DNA of 64,000 nucleotides from Okamejei kenojei (Eukaryota). Shown here in pieces: positions 1 to 11,970 of this stretch (positions within the stretch are counted from its first letter, which is position 1; the number at the start of each line of letters is the position of its first letter). Both the position numbers and the translations under genes were made by a program. The notes under the pieces are model-generated. The model was not told the DNA's origin and searched no databases. It was given only the letters and a program-made list of their open reading frames with translations. The DNA is taken from NCBI GenBank assembly GCA_035221665.1, contig CM069136.1, forward strand, positions 41,602,001 to 41,666,000. The letters run 5' to 3'.

Positions 1-1282
1 AAATATCCGGCACATCATATGTTATGCTTCGGTTACCAGCTCATCGCCATTAACAGCATGTCTTTCTGTTACAGGATGATATAACTAAAGACAGGAAGTA
101 GTTTTTTGTAAACACATCTGGGAACAAGCATCCAGAGCTGTAGAATTGAATTCTGTAAGCTTTTTGAATTGTTTTTCTCTGTATGACTGACCGAATAGCA
201 TTGTAAATCATTGCAACAAGACTTACTCTGTTTTGCAGGAAGTGTTTGCAACATGAACATCCTATTCTCCATGCCACAGTCAGCCTTTCACTATGGAGCA
301 AAGGTGGATGCCTAATTTAAAAAATACAAAGCAACCGTTTAACTCAAGCTGTCCAGAACATAAATGTAATGGATAGTGACCATTCATAGCTTACACATGT
401 GTCTCAGGCTTTATTAACTTTTAAGAGGCGACATCTCGTTGAAGATATTGGGCAAAAATTGGCTTTTATACAGGAAAAAAATGTTTAAAATGGGATAAAA
501 AGGTATTCCCAAGCTATTCCAGTGTAATGAATATCAGACTGAAATAATGACATTTGTTTGCACAAATCATTAGGTTTTTTTAACGTTGTGTGCCAAATAA
601 TCAGAATGACTCATTAGTCTGATGTATGTTGTCAAATTCTCAAGCTATGCTTAAGCAGACTTGAATAATGGTTTGTCTAAGAAGCTACTGATCAGTGCAT
701 GAACTATTCCCGTGGTTATTGATGCATTCATTCTTTGGTAAACTGCGTGGGGTTTGTATCCCATGCACCAATCCTCTTGAATGGACAAATAAACTGTTCT
801 GTGATTTCTCAGTAAGGTTTCAGTATTGCTCTCGTTTAATTTGTAACAAATGTGTTACAAATATCCCAAATGTCTCACTTGTTATAAGCAGAGTTTACTG
901 CCATTTGCATGCATTATTTAAAACTCTGCAACAAAATCATCACACACAGGACAACGCCTTCATTTACACAGGTGCAGTTGTAGATGGTGATCACAACTAG
1001 AAAAGGGAGATTGTCAGAATAGTCTTGTATTTATTCTAGCCTACTCAATTAGCCACATGACCTCATCCTGTGCCATAATAATTTTTTATGGCGCTGTTCA
1101 CACCGCTGGGAGATTCCCTTGCACTTTATAGCCAATGAGGTGCTTTTGAATCAAAGCATAGTCAGAGCCAAAAATAGTCAATGGGATCCTCCTGATGGAA
1201 TATTGTGAAAGTACACTGAATTTTGTGGTACTAATCCGTGAAGTGTACATTCATATTCTGTGCTGGATTAGTTGTGAATGCA

Positions 1283-1402
1283 GTATGTAGGAAGGAACTG
1301 CAGATGCTGGTTTAAGACAAAGATAGACACAAAATGCTGGAGTACCTCAGCATCTCTGGAGAGATGGAATGGGTGACGTTTCGGGTCAAACCCTTCTTCA
1401 GA
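1283..1402 (-). mobile_element. Short Penelope-terminus element with hammerhead-like core
   Basis: Reverse complement of 1375-1401 reads CTGAAGAAGGGTTTGACCCGAAACGTC, followed by the family tail ...CCAGCATCTGCAGTTCCTTCCTACA. Confidence 0.8.
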
Positions 1403-1624
1403 TGTTTGGTTAGCTTTGGTAGGGTTAGGGGAGAGGCACCTAGTTTGTGAGGCTAGTCTCCAGAAATCCCAGGCGTAAAGTGTACCTAGACAGGTGTAGG
1501 TTAAGGGCACGATCAGACCTTGTTGTGATTCATCACATTGTCAATATCTTTTGGCATTTCCCATCCAATCTTTTCCAAAAGTATGGATTTATGCCGCCAA
1601 CAGTTCAGACCTGGGAAGTGCTGC

Positions 1625-1831
1625 ATTTAGAAGTTATAGGAGTTTTAAAAATGTTTTCTTTTGTGCTAATGGCTGAGCCGGTGATATGAACACACAGGGT
1701 TACCAGTATATAACTTTTACTACTTGCGAACTTTGGGTGTATAACTAGTTGTTTCAGCGGCCAAGTTGATTCAGTATTCTGCCACACAGCCCTTGATGGG
1801 TTTTTGGCCTTCTGAACATGTCGTATGTTTG
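1625..1831. repeat. Unclassified ~200 bp segment, copy 1 (copy 2 at 4362-4552)
   Basis: Both copies share TTTAGAAGTT..GGAGTTT, TAATGGCTGAGC, ATGAACACACAGGGTTACCA, GTATTCTGCCACA, CCTTCTGAACATGTCG.ATGTTTG. Confidence 0.85.
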
Positions 1832-1924
1832 CACTACAGATTGCGGCTTTCTAAACATACAGATTATCAATGGAAGCGGAAGTTTTCTAAAATACAGTGT
1901 CACACTTTAAATCAGTTAATTTGA

Positions 1925-2022
1925 GTCTGAAGAAGGGTCTCGTCCCGAAACGTCACCCATTCCTTCTCTCCAGAGATGCTGCTTGTCCCACTGAGTTGCT
2001 CCAGAATTTTATGTATATCTTC
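1925..2022 (+). mobile_element. Short Penelope-terminus element with hammerhead-like core and TSD
   Basis: Core CTGAAGAAGGGTCTCGTCCCGAAACGTC at 1927-1954; direct repeat TCACACTTTAAAT at 1900-1912 and 2021-2033. Confidence 0.85.
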
Positions 2023-3166
2023 ACACTTTAAATAGTTGGGTAGATAGTCAATCAAGTCCATTCTTATTGTATCAACCACACCATCACGTTAGTGTTTTGG
2101 TGTTTTATTTTGAACAGACCACTTGTTGCTTAATTGACCATTGACATTAATTTAAATACAAATGAAATTTTGGAGAAATTTAGAATGAATTGCTAAATCA
2201 AAATTGCCTATTTTACGCTAATGCCCCGTCAAAATTGCATCCAATCTCTCCATTAAATAAATGTATTTTTAGGCTTTCTAGGACTAGCAAGGCATTTCAT
2301 CTCAGTTATTGACAAGATACTTGCATATTAATCACCTCAAGGAAGTAACTATAAAATGTATTTTTTTTAAAGTTATTAGTATGCTATGAATTTTAACAAA
2401 TGTTTAACTATTTTTTTAAATGCGAGAGTTGCAGTACAAGTGGCTATTATGACGAGATTATTTTTAGACTTGGTAGCTTTAGCAGTAAAGCTGATGAACA
2501 ATGGAGCAGTATTCTGAGTGTCCTTCGGCCAATACAATGAAAGCTGTCAGTTTGTGGATCTGGTCACCATTAATATGTCTGGTACCATTGGCACTTTGGC
2601 ACAATAGCTGGAAATTGACACAGTGGCTCCACTCTTTCCTAATTTTCTTACGATCATTTTATATCTTTAGAACAACACAATCTGATATTTATCTGCAGAT
2701 TTGTTTCTGTGTCATTGTTTCTGATAACCAAATAGTTTTATCACCAATTTTAAAAACAAGTTAAATAGCTCCTTGTAATATAAATCAACAGAAACTGAAG
2801 GATAATTAATTGATTTGATTTATCACACTAACATGGGTGTAAGTTGTTAGGAAATGGAAATGTTGCAAAGGGATTCTCCAATTTCGTGCTACTTCCCTTT
2901 GCCCCTTTAAATTCTTGGTTGCTGAAGTGGAATATGTAACTAAGTAAATTTAATTATGAACTGTTAGGTTTTCAAATACATTTGGAGGTCAATGCTTCCC
3001 AGTCATAGATTTGCTCCTAGTGTTTCCTTCCCCTTTACAGTGTAGATTACACCAAATAAATGCAAATAATTTGTGAATTACTTGAATGTAAAGTTTCAGG
3101 AAACTTGCATTTGCTCATTTTTAAATAAGGGATGTGAATGTCTATGCTATTCATTCAGTTGCGATT

Positions 3167-3530
3167 ACATAGAAACATAGAAAATAGGTGCAGAAGTAGG
3201 CCATTCGACCCTTTGAACTAGCACTGCCATTCAATATGATCATGGCTGATCATCCAAAATCACTACCCCGTTCCTGCATTTTTCCCATATCCCTCGATTC
3301 CGTTAGCCTTCTGTGGCAGCGAATTCCACAGATTCACAACTCTCTGGGTGAAATTTTTTTTCCTCATATCAATCCTCAATGGTCTTAAACTATGACCCCT
3401 GGTTCTGCTCCCCCAACATCGGGAACATTTTTCCTGCATCTAGCCTTTCCAATCCCTTAAAAATGTTACATGTTTCTGTAAGATCCCCTCACATCCTTCT
3501 AAAGTCCAGTGAATATAAGCCCTGTCGATC
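3167..3530 (-). mobile_element. CR1-like LINE 3' fragment with internal deletions
   Basis: (ACATAGAA)n tail plus GTAGGCCATTCG; collinear with the CR1 3' end at 61044-61500. Confidence 0.8.
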
Positions 3531-3559
3531 CTCTCTTTACTTGAATCTTTACTTGTCAA

Positions 3560-4040
3560 TCTGAGGCGCTGGTAGAATTCTTAACTTGGAGCTTGAAAGC
3601 TGCATGCTGAGAAACGAGGTTATACATTTGGCCATTGTGCAATACTGAGAAACAGCTGCAATGTGTTTTGACGGAGACCTTAAACCTGGGCTTTGCGTGC
3701 ATGTTAAAGTAGATATTTAATGTTTCACTGCACTTTTCAGGAAGAACAGAGGAATTATTTTGTCTGAAGTAAGCTCTCGACCCGAAACGTTACCCATTCC
3801 TTCTCTCCAGAGATGCTGCCTGTCCTGCTGAGTTACTCCAGCATTTTGTGTCTATCTTCGTTTTAAACCTTCCTACAGAATCATTCTGTTGTCTGCCCAA
3901 CATTTATTTCTGAGCAACTTTAAAAAAAACTGGTTATTATCTCATTGCTATTTGTGTGATTTGTTGTATCCAAATTAATGATGCTACTTGCCTACATCAT
4001 TATGGTCATTGCATATATTTATTTAAAAAAAAGCTATTTG
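3560..4040 (+). mobile_element. Degraded Deu-domain SINE (SacSINE1/AmnSINE1-like), interrupted by a hammerhead element
   Basis: GTGCAATACTGAG, GGAGACCTTAAACC, GAAGAACAGAGG and TTATCTCATTGCTATTTGTG resemble the Deu-domain SINE consensus as I recall it. Confidence 0.5.
3762..3877 (+). mobile_element. Short Penelope-terminus element, degenerate core
   Basis: CTGAAGTAAGCTCTCGACCCGAAACGTTACCCATTCC followed by the family body. Confidence 0.8.
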
Positions 4041-4109
4041 ATATTTGTTTTCTGTGATTAATTGTCACTTCTGTAGTCTTCCACACCAGATTCTGATGCA
4101 TAGTCCTAC

Positions 4110-4595
4110 AATGAAGGATCTAAATAATATAGATTATGAAACTTTCCCCCAGCGGTGGTGGCCAAAACTAGAGAGATTCCAAGATGAATATTTTCATCCA
4201 GATGGTGGTTAAATCTGGAACACACTGCTTGAGTGGGTGGTAGCTGCAGGTACTTTCACAACTTTAAAAAAAACCATTGAGACGAGTACTTGAGTTGCCA
4301 AGGTATAGAAGGCTGCGGACCAAGTGCTGGCAAATAGGATTAGTATAGACATATACTGTCTATTTAGAAGTTGCAGGAGTTTGAGAAATGTGTGTTTTGT
4401 GTTAATGGCTGAGCTGATGACATGAACACACAGGGTTACCATTGTAACTTTGGGTTTCTAACTATTTGTTTCAGTGACCGCGTTGGGTGATTCGGTATTC
4501 TGCCACATAGCCCTTGATGGGGTTTTGACCTTCTGAACATGTCGCATGTTTGGCATGAACATGATGGATTTGAAAGGCCTGTTTTGGTGCTTCAT
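4110..4595 (+). mobile_element. Old CR1-like 3' fragment interrupted by the 4362-4552 segment
   Basis: ATCTGGAACACACTGC..GTGGTAG..GCAGGTAC and GGACCAAGTGCTGGCAAATAGGATTAG before the insert; GCATGAACATGATGG..GAAAGGCCTGTTT after it. Confidence 0.55.
4362..4552. repeat. Unclassified ~190 bp segment, copy 2
   Basis: Aligns by eye to 1625-1831 with a short internal deletion. Confidence 0.85.
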
Positions 4596-5005
4596 GAGTA
4601 TGATTGTGGCCCTGATATTTCACAATTGTTCATGCACTGCAAAGACTTTCCTGTCAGACATAGATTTCCACATCCTGCAGATGTGGGTTGATGACTTTGG
4701 ATCTCCCAAGCATGGAAACTTTTTTGTGATGTAGTGAACAATTTTCATACCATGGACAAGTGAGGGAGGGGCTAGAGTTTCAAAGATCGAGAACAAAAAA
4801 AATTTAGTCAATTTTCACAAGATGGGCTTGGATGATATGACACTCTGGAGGGGCAGTAATTTAGGTTTGACAATAGAATAACAAAATTACAGAATAACAA
4901 TCTTGTGTGCACCAAGTGTTTGCATGGCTTCAAAGTTAAATATTCTGGGCTACTTCTTTGGGGCTTGGAAAACAGGGCGTGTGAAAGACCAGATATTGGC
5001 TGGTA

Positions 5006-5208
5006 GACAAAAAATGCTGGAGAAAATCAGCGGGTGAAGCAGCATCTATGGAGCGAAGGAAATAGGCAACGTTTCGGGTCGAAACCCTTCTTCAGACTGA
5101 AACGTTGCCTATTTCCTTTGTTCCATAGATGCTACCTCACCTGCTGGGTTTCTCCAGCATTTTTGTCTACCTTCGATTTTCCAGCATCTTCAGTTCCTTC
5201 TTAAACAA
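5006..5208. mobile_element. Fold-back (inverted pair) Penelope-terminus insertion with 15 bp TSD
   Basis: Arms ~5002-5075 and ~5099-5171 are near reverse complements; AGATATTGGCTGGTA at 4991-5005 and 5209-5223; minus-strand core CTGAAGAAGGGTTTCGACCCGAAACGTT at 5068-5095. Confidence 0.9.
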
Positions 5209-5499
5209 AGATATTGGCTGGTACATTTTAAAACTATAATTAATTGTAGCTGATTGGTAACTGCTCTATTTCCTTTGAAAAACAGGGCCATTTCCAAACC
5301 CTATTTATGTCTGGCACTACAGACGGAAACAATGGTAATTCCATGCCTTCATTTTCTGTGATAGGTATTGCATTAAAAAAAAGTACATAAAATATGCAGG
5401 TTGGGGCATATTCTTTTGTGGCCTTCAGAATTTTAGAGCATGCTGTCAAGACTCAAAAAAAGAGTCAGTTTCTTCTTAGGTAGTCCTAAGTGTTGGATT

Positions 5500-5770
5500 G
5501 TTGGAGGGTTATCCTCTGATTAAATCGAGGCCCCATCTGCCTGTTCTCATGGTTCAGGTGAATGTGTGGGAACCCATGGCAACATTGAAAAAGAGCATTG
5601 TCACTGAAAACAGATGAACTGTGCATTCATCTCATTAGTGTTTAAGCATATTGCTTCATGTAGAGCAGCAATACTGTGGGCTTACATGTATCTGAAGTTG
5701 ATAAGCAGATCAACAGACTAAAATATTATTTCAATTTGAATATCAATTTCTTGAAGGTGTATATGGTGCA
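5500..5770 (+). mobile_element. Degraded Deu-domain SINE
   Basis: TTAAATCGAGGCCCCATCTGCC...CAGGTGAATGT...CCCATGGCA...GAAAAAGAGCA...AAAACAGAT. Confidence 0.55.
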
Positions 5771-7665
5771 AGATGAAGGCAAACATTTTTTAAAGCAACC
5801 TATTGGAATATTTATTTTCAAAGCAACCTATTGGAATGTTTTTCCATGTGAAATGTTAACTGAAAGTCCTGTATGTTCATATGCTTATAGAGGTACTGCA
5901 GGTTTGTTCTCCAACCAAGGAATTTAACAGTGTGGGTTTTCATTGAGGTTAGTGCAGGTCCACATCATTGCCATTAGCGAGGATATGTCTACTCTTAAAA
6001 TGTCTTGCTGCATTTTAATCCTTGGTAACCCGGTACTTAAATATTATCCAGTAAACGTTTCTGTGTAATTCTGGAAGAATCTGGGTGAGTCAATTTCAAA
6101 GAACACAAAGTTGAAAAACAACTGTTTTGGAAAAAGGGACATTTGCTGCTAAGTTACTTTCAGAAGGGTAGATATTTGATTGATCAGTTATCATTGCAGG
6201 ATCACACGAAGAGGTGGGAATGAAAAATGGACCAATTTAAATCTGAGCATGAGCTTTATTGTTGTCGAGTTCCGTTCTTTTCCTGTGGGGAGGAGGGATT
6301 ATTTACTGTATTTTCTTGCGTTGATCTTTATGGTGCTTTGGTCTGGGAGATGGAGAGGATTTTTGCAAAACATGTTATTGACTGGAGAAGAGGAAGTGAT
6401 CTCTGTTTCCTTCATAATCTAAATAACAGAAAGTCATTGGCATGCCAAATCTGGAGTGTATAATACTACGTCCTTCTCTGCTTTAATGTGAAGTAATTTG
6501 GTTTGTTCAATATTCTTAAACCCATGGTGCAAAATCTAATATGGATTGCATTGTTGTGGATACTTAACCTTGACCAGGATGTTTCCAGCACTCTGCAGTA
6601 CAGTACTGGTAACCTATTTTCATCACTTGAGGAATGTAGCATTAACATATAATGCAAATGTAAAACTGCACCATGTATTGCCTAGCCTTGAAATGCATTT
6701 TTAGTCACTTCATTCCAAAATGTCACAAATGCTTGCAGTCCAGTCCCAACAAGGGTTGCTGTTCAGACTGATATGCTTCTTAACTATAGAGACTAGGAGG
6801 GGCCCACAATTAATTCATTATTAGTGCAAAGAATCTGGGTTTTCAATAGAACATGAATAATTGGCTGCAGGGTCGCCGGGCTGGCAGGGGAGTAATGAGT
6901 CAGTCTGAGCTCTTGGCTCATGGTGATAGCAGACATTATTTGATTTTTGAACCAAGTTAGGCATGACATGATTACTGAGGCTCAAGCATCAAGGAAGGTC
7001 CATTTTTTTAAGCTTCTGCGATATCTTGGACCTGGCTCTGTTCTGAAGATGATGGATTCTCTGAAGCAGAAGGCAAGAACAAGAGCTCTGCAGCCTCCTG
7101 AATCTGCTTGAACAAGGCTTCAGTATTCTGCAGCAACGCTTCCTCTGCACGGAGTATTCTGGAGCAGTCTTATAGAAAGAGCCTCCATTTGTTTGGAATT
7201 GTGCACAGTCTGATAATACTAGGGCCGTGGCATTGGGCAGCAGCCAAAGAGCATGAGGAAGAAAAAAGTGGACTCCACCAGAAGCCTCTTTCCGTCAGGA
7301 TATTCAGGAAGCAACTTGCCACAAATCCAATTTCCCAATCTACTGCAATTCCTTCCCTTTATTGCTGATCATTTTAACATACGCTGAATCACAATGACAG
7401 AATGTCAGACCACACCTAACCAACATTCCAAACTACATTGCACATCTTTGCAGATGTCTGTCTCCATCTGCTGCCTTCCAATTTACTGCCCCATACAAAT
7501 TCTCCTCCACATCCTCTGTAACAGGAGCCAGGTGTGACCACTCGCTGCAGGAAGCTGGCACCCGGACTGCCCTTCCATTTTGACCTGCCTCCAGTTCACC
7601 AGTGCTAGTGACTCTGGATGTCACATTGAGTCACACATGCTTTCTTAATGTCAAATTGATTCACA

Positions 7666-7812
7666 CATATAAACCATATAACCATATAAACCATATAACA
7701 ATTACAGCACGGAAACAGGCCCTCTCGGCCCTTCCAGTCCGTGCCGACCATTTGTTTTGGTCATGCTGGCTTAAACGGCCGAATGGCCTACTCCTGCACC
7801 TATTGTCTATTG
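7666..7812. mobile_element. Two opposite-strand CR1-type 3' tails joined back to back
   Basis: (CATATAAC)n + GGAAACAGGCCC..GGCCC on minus; GGCCGAATGGCCTACTCCTGCACC(TATTGTC)n on plus. Confidence 0.7.
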
Positions 7813-8183
7813 CCCTGTGGCTGGCGTCTCCTCAGCCATCAGGCAGATAAGGGTAGTGTAAAGAAGCAGAGAAGGGATACAAATAAGAGCTGTGCACTTA
7901 CACAACACATACATCAGAGATTCTGTGGGTAAGAGGGACTTGGAATGTAGGCAGTATTGTCATGAGTGCACAATCAACCTCTCAGATCTCTGTTCCATCA
8001 TTGGATTGAAGTCCTTTGACAAATGCTTCACTAGTTTTTTTTAAATGCTGGTAGTGGAGGACTTCTCACCCCATATAACCATAAGACATAGGATCAGTCT
8101 TTTGGGTGGATAGTTATTAGAACTGTACCTATCTCCCATAGGTTTCTGTTGCTGGCACCAATTGTTTATCAACATCTCCTGCA

Positions 8184-8262
8184 AGAGATAGACAGAGAGG
8201 GAGAGAAAGGGATGGAGGAGGAGATAAAGAGGCCGAGAGGAGGGGGAGAGGGAGAGAGAGAT
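8184..8262. repeat. GA-rich low-complexity tract
   Basis: Almost pure purine run GAGAGAGGGAGAGAAAGGG...GAGAGAGAG. Confidence 0.8.
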
Positions 8263-8659
8263 GTGAGTGACAATGATGAGTTTAAGGAATGTGCCTGCCA
8301 TGGTAGCATAGGTGGCAGTGTGTGAAATATGTGAGGCTTATTAGAGAGAAATTGTAAGTTTGCAGAGCTCCCATACAACATATGAAAGTTGGATTCCCCA
8401 ATGACTGATGGAGATTGCTGGTGAGCGAGTGTTAGTGGTGTGGCCCTTTGAGAATATCTGACGCTGATTGGGAGAGGGGATTTGATATATTCACTGGTGT
8501 TGAACACATGGATTTGATCGTCGACACTCACTCACCGACAAACTCCATAATTCATAATTGGAACCCAACGGCAATCTCCTCGATGAGACTTTTGCAAATT
8601 CACCAATCCTCTCAGCTAGCTACCAAACCCCACACCATTCACACACTGGCAACTATATG

Positions 8660-9000
8660 AATGGTGTGGCTGGTAGAGCTACATAGCATATCTCATAACA
8701 TACCTCATAGCACCGGGGACCTGGGTTTAATTATGACCTCCAGTGCTATTGGTGTGGAGTTTGCACGTTCTACCTGTGACTATGTGTGTTTCCTCCAGGT
8801 GCACATGCTGTCCTTGGGGTATTCTGGTTTTCTCTCGCAACCCAAACATGTGCGGGTTTGTAGGTTAATTAACTGTACCCTTGGTGTGTAGGGAGTGGGT
8901 GTGAAAGTGGGATAACATGGGACTAGTATGGACAGATGATCACCGGTTGGACTTGGTAGGCTGAAAGGTCTGTCTCATGCTGTATCTCTAAACTAACTAA
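8660..9000 (+). mobile_element. tRNA-derived V-SINE (HE1-like)
   Basis: B-box-like GGGTTTAAT, V-domain GTGTGGAGTTTGCACGTTCT, GTTTGTAGGTTAATT, tail TGTATCTCTAAACTAA. Confidence 0.75.
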
Positions 9001-9170
9001 TGCAACCTTTGCATGCACATGATCATCAGCCTTCTTGCGGACTGCATCTGCCTCCATGGGACTTGACTAATTGAGTTCCATTCAAATGCTGCCTCTCCTG
9101 CTCCGCACATTAATTTGCTTCAGAAGGTCTTTTTAAATGCTGGTAGTGGAGGACTTTTCATCCCACTTGA

Positions 9171-9512
9171 CCATAAGACATCGGAGCAGAATTAGTCCAT
9201 TTGGCTCATCGAATCAGCTCCACCATTCAATCATGGCTCATCTATTTTCTATTCTCAACTCCATTCTCCTGCCCTCTCCCATAAACTTAGACAAACTAAC
9301 TAATCAAGAATCTGTCAATCTCTGCTTCAAAAATGCCCAATGACTTGACCTCCACCACCGTCTGTGGCAATGAATTCCACAGATTCACCACCTTATGGCT
9401 AAAGTAATTCCTCCGCATCTCCACTCCAAAGGTACATCCTTTTATTCTGAGGCTGTGCCCTCTGGTCCTAGACTACTGGAACCATCCTCTCCACATCCAC
9501 TCTATCTAGGAC
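9171..9512 (-). mobile_element. CR1-like LINE 3' fragment
   Basis: CATAAGACAT.GGAGCAGAATTAG tail; TGTGGCAATGAATTCCACAGATTCAC shared with other CR1 copies here. Confidence 0.8.
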
Positions 9513-9677
9513 TATCCCACCTCAACCACAATGTGTTCATGGCCTTCCTTCAGCATCTCAGTGCAGTTCTTACCCATGGACCATGCCTGCCAGCAAACCG
9601 GTGATAAATTTGACCACCAGTTGCAGTCATGAGATCCTTTCCCTTTTACAGGTGCTGGCCAACTTAAATGTAGCATG

Positions 9678-11970
9678 TTTTCTTTTTTTATTTTTTAAAT
9701 TAATGGTTTTTTATTGGAGGGGAAAAAAAAATCACAGTACATCTGATGTATAGCATTACATTTTCCTCCATTTTGTTTTTTATAAATAATAATAATAATA
9801 ATATAAACAAAATAATCCTAACCCACCCTCCCTAAATGCCCCTTGGCAGCTTATTTTTTCACAATCCAAATATATCACAAAATCAAATGCACTTTTTAAC
9901 AATAATAAAGTAACAAAACAGAATAAAGGCAGATCCCCACTTAATGTCAAGTGCCCTCTGTCAACAAATAGACCCTCAAAGTATGATAAAAAGGGTTCCC
10001 ATTTCAAATAAAACATTTTCACAGACCCCCTCAATGTGAATTTAATCTTTTCTAACCTTAAAAAAACATGACGTCTTCCAGCCAAGCAGCGGCAGATGGA
10101 GGAGTGTTAGATTTCCAGACCAGCAAGATTCTCCTACGGGCCAAAAGTGATGTAAATGTAATGATATCAGACTGGGTTGTTTTAAACCCAAGGTTTTATC
10201 TGCTACACCAAATACAGCTACAAGCGGGCAAGGTCTCACTGTCATCCCAAGGACCTCACTGATGGTTTTAAAAACCACTGCCCAGTAGTTAACAAGTTTG
10301 GGGCAAGACCAGAATGCATGAGCTAGATTGGCTGGAGAGAACGAGCACCTGTCACAGCCAGCGTCCTTCCCTGGATATATGTTAGCAAGCCTGCCTTTGC
10401 TTAAATGAACCCTGTGTAAAACTTTAAATTGTATGAGCCCCAATCTAGCACATGATGATGAGGAGTGGACTTTTTTCAGCGCTTCTGTCCAGCATTCCTC
10501 AGACAGATTCATACCAAGGTCATCCTCCCACCTAGCTTTAACTTTGTTCAGGTTTTGATCTCCTAAATGCATCAATCGAGAATATACTGCAGAGATCAGT
10601 CCTTTATTTGCAAAGGTAAGAGTGAGTTTATCCAACACTGTGACAGGAGGGAGATCAGGAAAAGAAGGAAATTGTTTCATGACAAAGTGGGCAAACCTGA
10701 AGATATTTAAAGAAATGATTATGTGGAGGACCATGTTTTTTTGTGTAGGTAGTCGAAACTATCAAATATGTTGTTAGTGTATAAATCCTTAATGGACATA
10801 AGAGCATTCAAACCCCATTGTCGAAAGTTGAGTCAAGTGTAGAGGGGGGGAATAAATGGTTACTGTGAATGGGACCCAGAACTGAAGCTGATGTAAGCTT
10901 ATAATGGCAACGATATTGGTTAAAAAATTTTGATGGTACGACAGGGTTGGATGTAAATCTAGAGGGTTTCAATGACAGGGAGGAATATTTTAAAGCTGGG
11001 AGAGACGAGGAGTAACAGGATTGTGAATCAAGCAGCCACCAGTCTGTATCTGGTCGGTGGAGCCAGAGTAATATCTTTTGGATATTGGATGCCCAGTAAT
11101 AATTAATAAAGCTAGGAAGGCCCAGTCCACCTATTTCACGATCTCTTTGGAGAGTACACTTATTGACCCTTGGAACCTTGTTACCCCATATAAAGGAGGT
11201 TATAGATTGGTTAACTGAGTTAAAAAATGACTTGGGTAGGAAAACCGGCAAACATTGGAACAAGTAAAGAAATCTGGGAAGTACAGTCATCTTCACTGAC
11301 TGCACTCTCCCAGCCATAATGAGTGGCAGACTACACCATCTCTCAAAGTCAGCCTTCATTTGGCTAACTTGAGGCATGTAGTTAGCTGCAAACAGGGATG
11401 TGAAAAAGCGGGTGATGTGTATTCCTAAATATACAAACCCTTCTTGAGATATGGGAAAGGGCAGGGTTTCCTGTTGGATCTGTAGGGCTAAGTTGATGGG
11501 AGAGCATTTGCTTTTTTGGAGGTTTATTTTATAACCAGAAAAAGTCCCAAATTGATCCAACAAGGACACAATTGCAGGGCTACTGGCTATAGGGTCGCTC
11601 ACATAAAGAAGGAGGTCATCAGCATATAGAGACACACGATGTTCCCTGTTTCCTCTCCTAATGCCCTGGAATAATGCTGTTGACCTAAGTGTGATAGAGA
11701 GAGGCTCAATTGCAATGGCAAAAAGAAGTGGAGACAGTGGGCAGCCTTGTCGAGTGCCACGTGTTAATTGAAAATAATCAGATTGCAAATAATTGGTCTG
11801 TATACATGCTAAGGGTGAATGATATAATAGCTTAACCCAGGCTACAAATATTTTGCCAAATCCAAATCTCTCCATGACTCTGAACAAATATGGCCACTCC
11901 ACTCGATCAAATGCCTTCTCCGTGTCCAAAGAGATAACAGCCACTGGGTGCGGAGAAGCACTGGGCGAAT
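9678..11970 (-). mobile_element. 5'-truncated L1-clade LINE (ORF2 RT, C-terminal Cys/His motif, 3' UTR, A-rich tail)
   Basis: ORFs 10808-11944 and 10042-10734; minus-strand AATAAA and A-rich tail at ~9678-9715. Confidence 0.92.
10042..11944 (-). pseudogene. Frameshifted L1 ORF2 fragment (reverse transcriptase plus CCHC-like motif)
   Basis: SLDTEKAFDRVEW, RGTRQGCPLSPLLF, YADDLLLY, YLGI, CDRC...HAFWSCP; split across frames; no endonuclease domain. Confidence 0.9.

Noticed and set aside
4410-4540. C/D box snoRNA in the duplicated segment
   Set aside because: TGATGA and CTGA occur in copy 2, but the C box is not preserved in copy 1 and no terminal stem is evident.
5787-5843. 28 bp tandem duplication AAAGCAACCTATTGGAAT
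   Set aside because: Two copies only; ordinary slippage duplication.
6940-7640. Possible degraded transposase or exon
   Set aside because: Slightly coding-like composition, but no motif I can support in any frame.
10042-11944. Functional reverse transcriptase gene
   Set aside because: 5'-truncated, lacks ORF1 and endonuclease, and is frameshifted; the same applies to the CR1 at 61044-62197.
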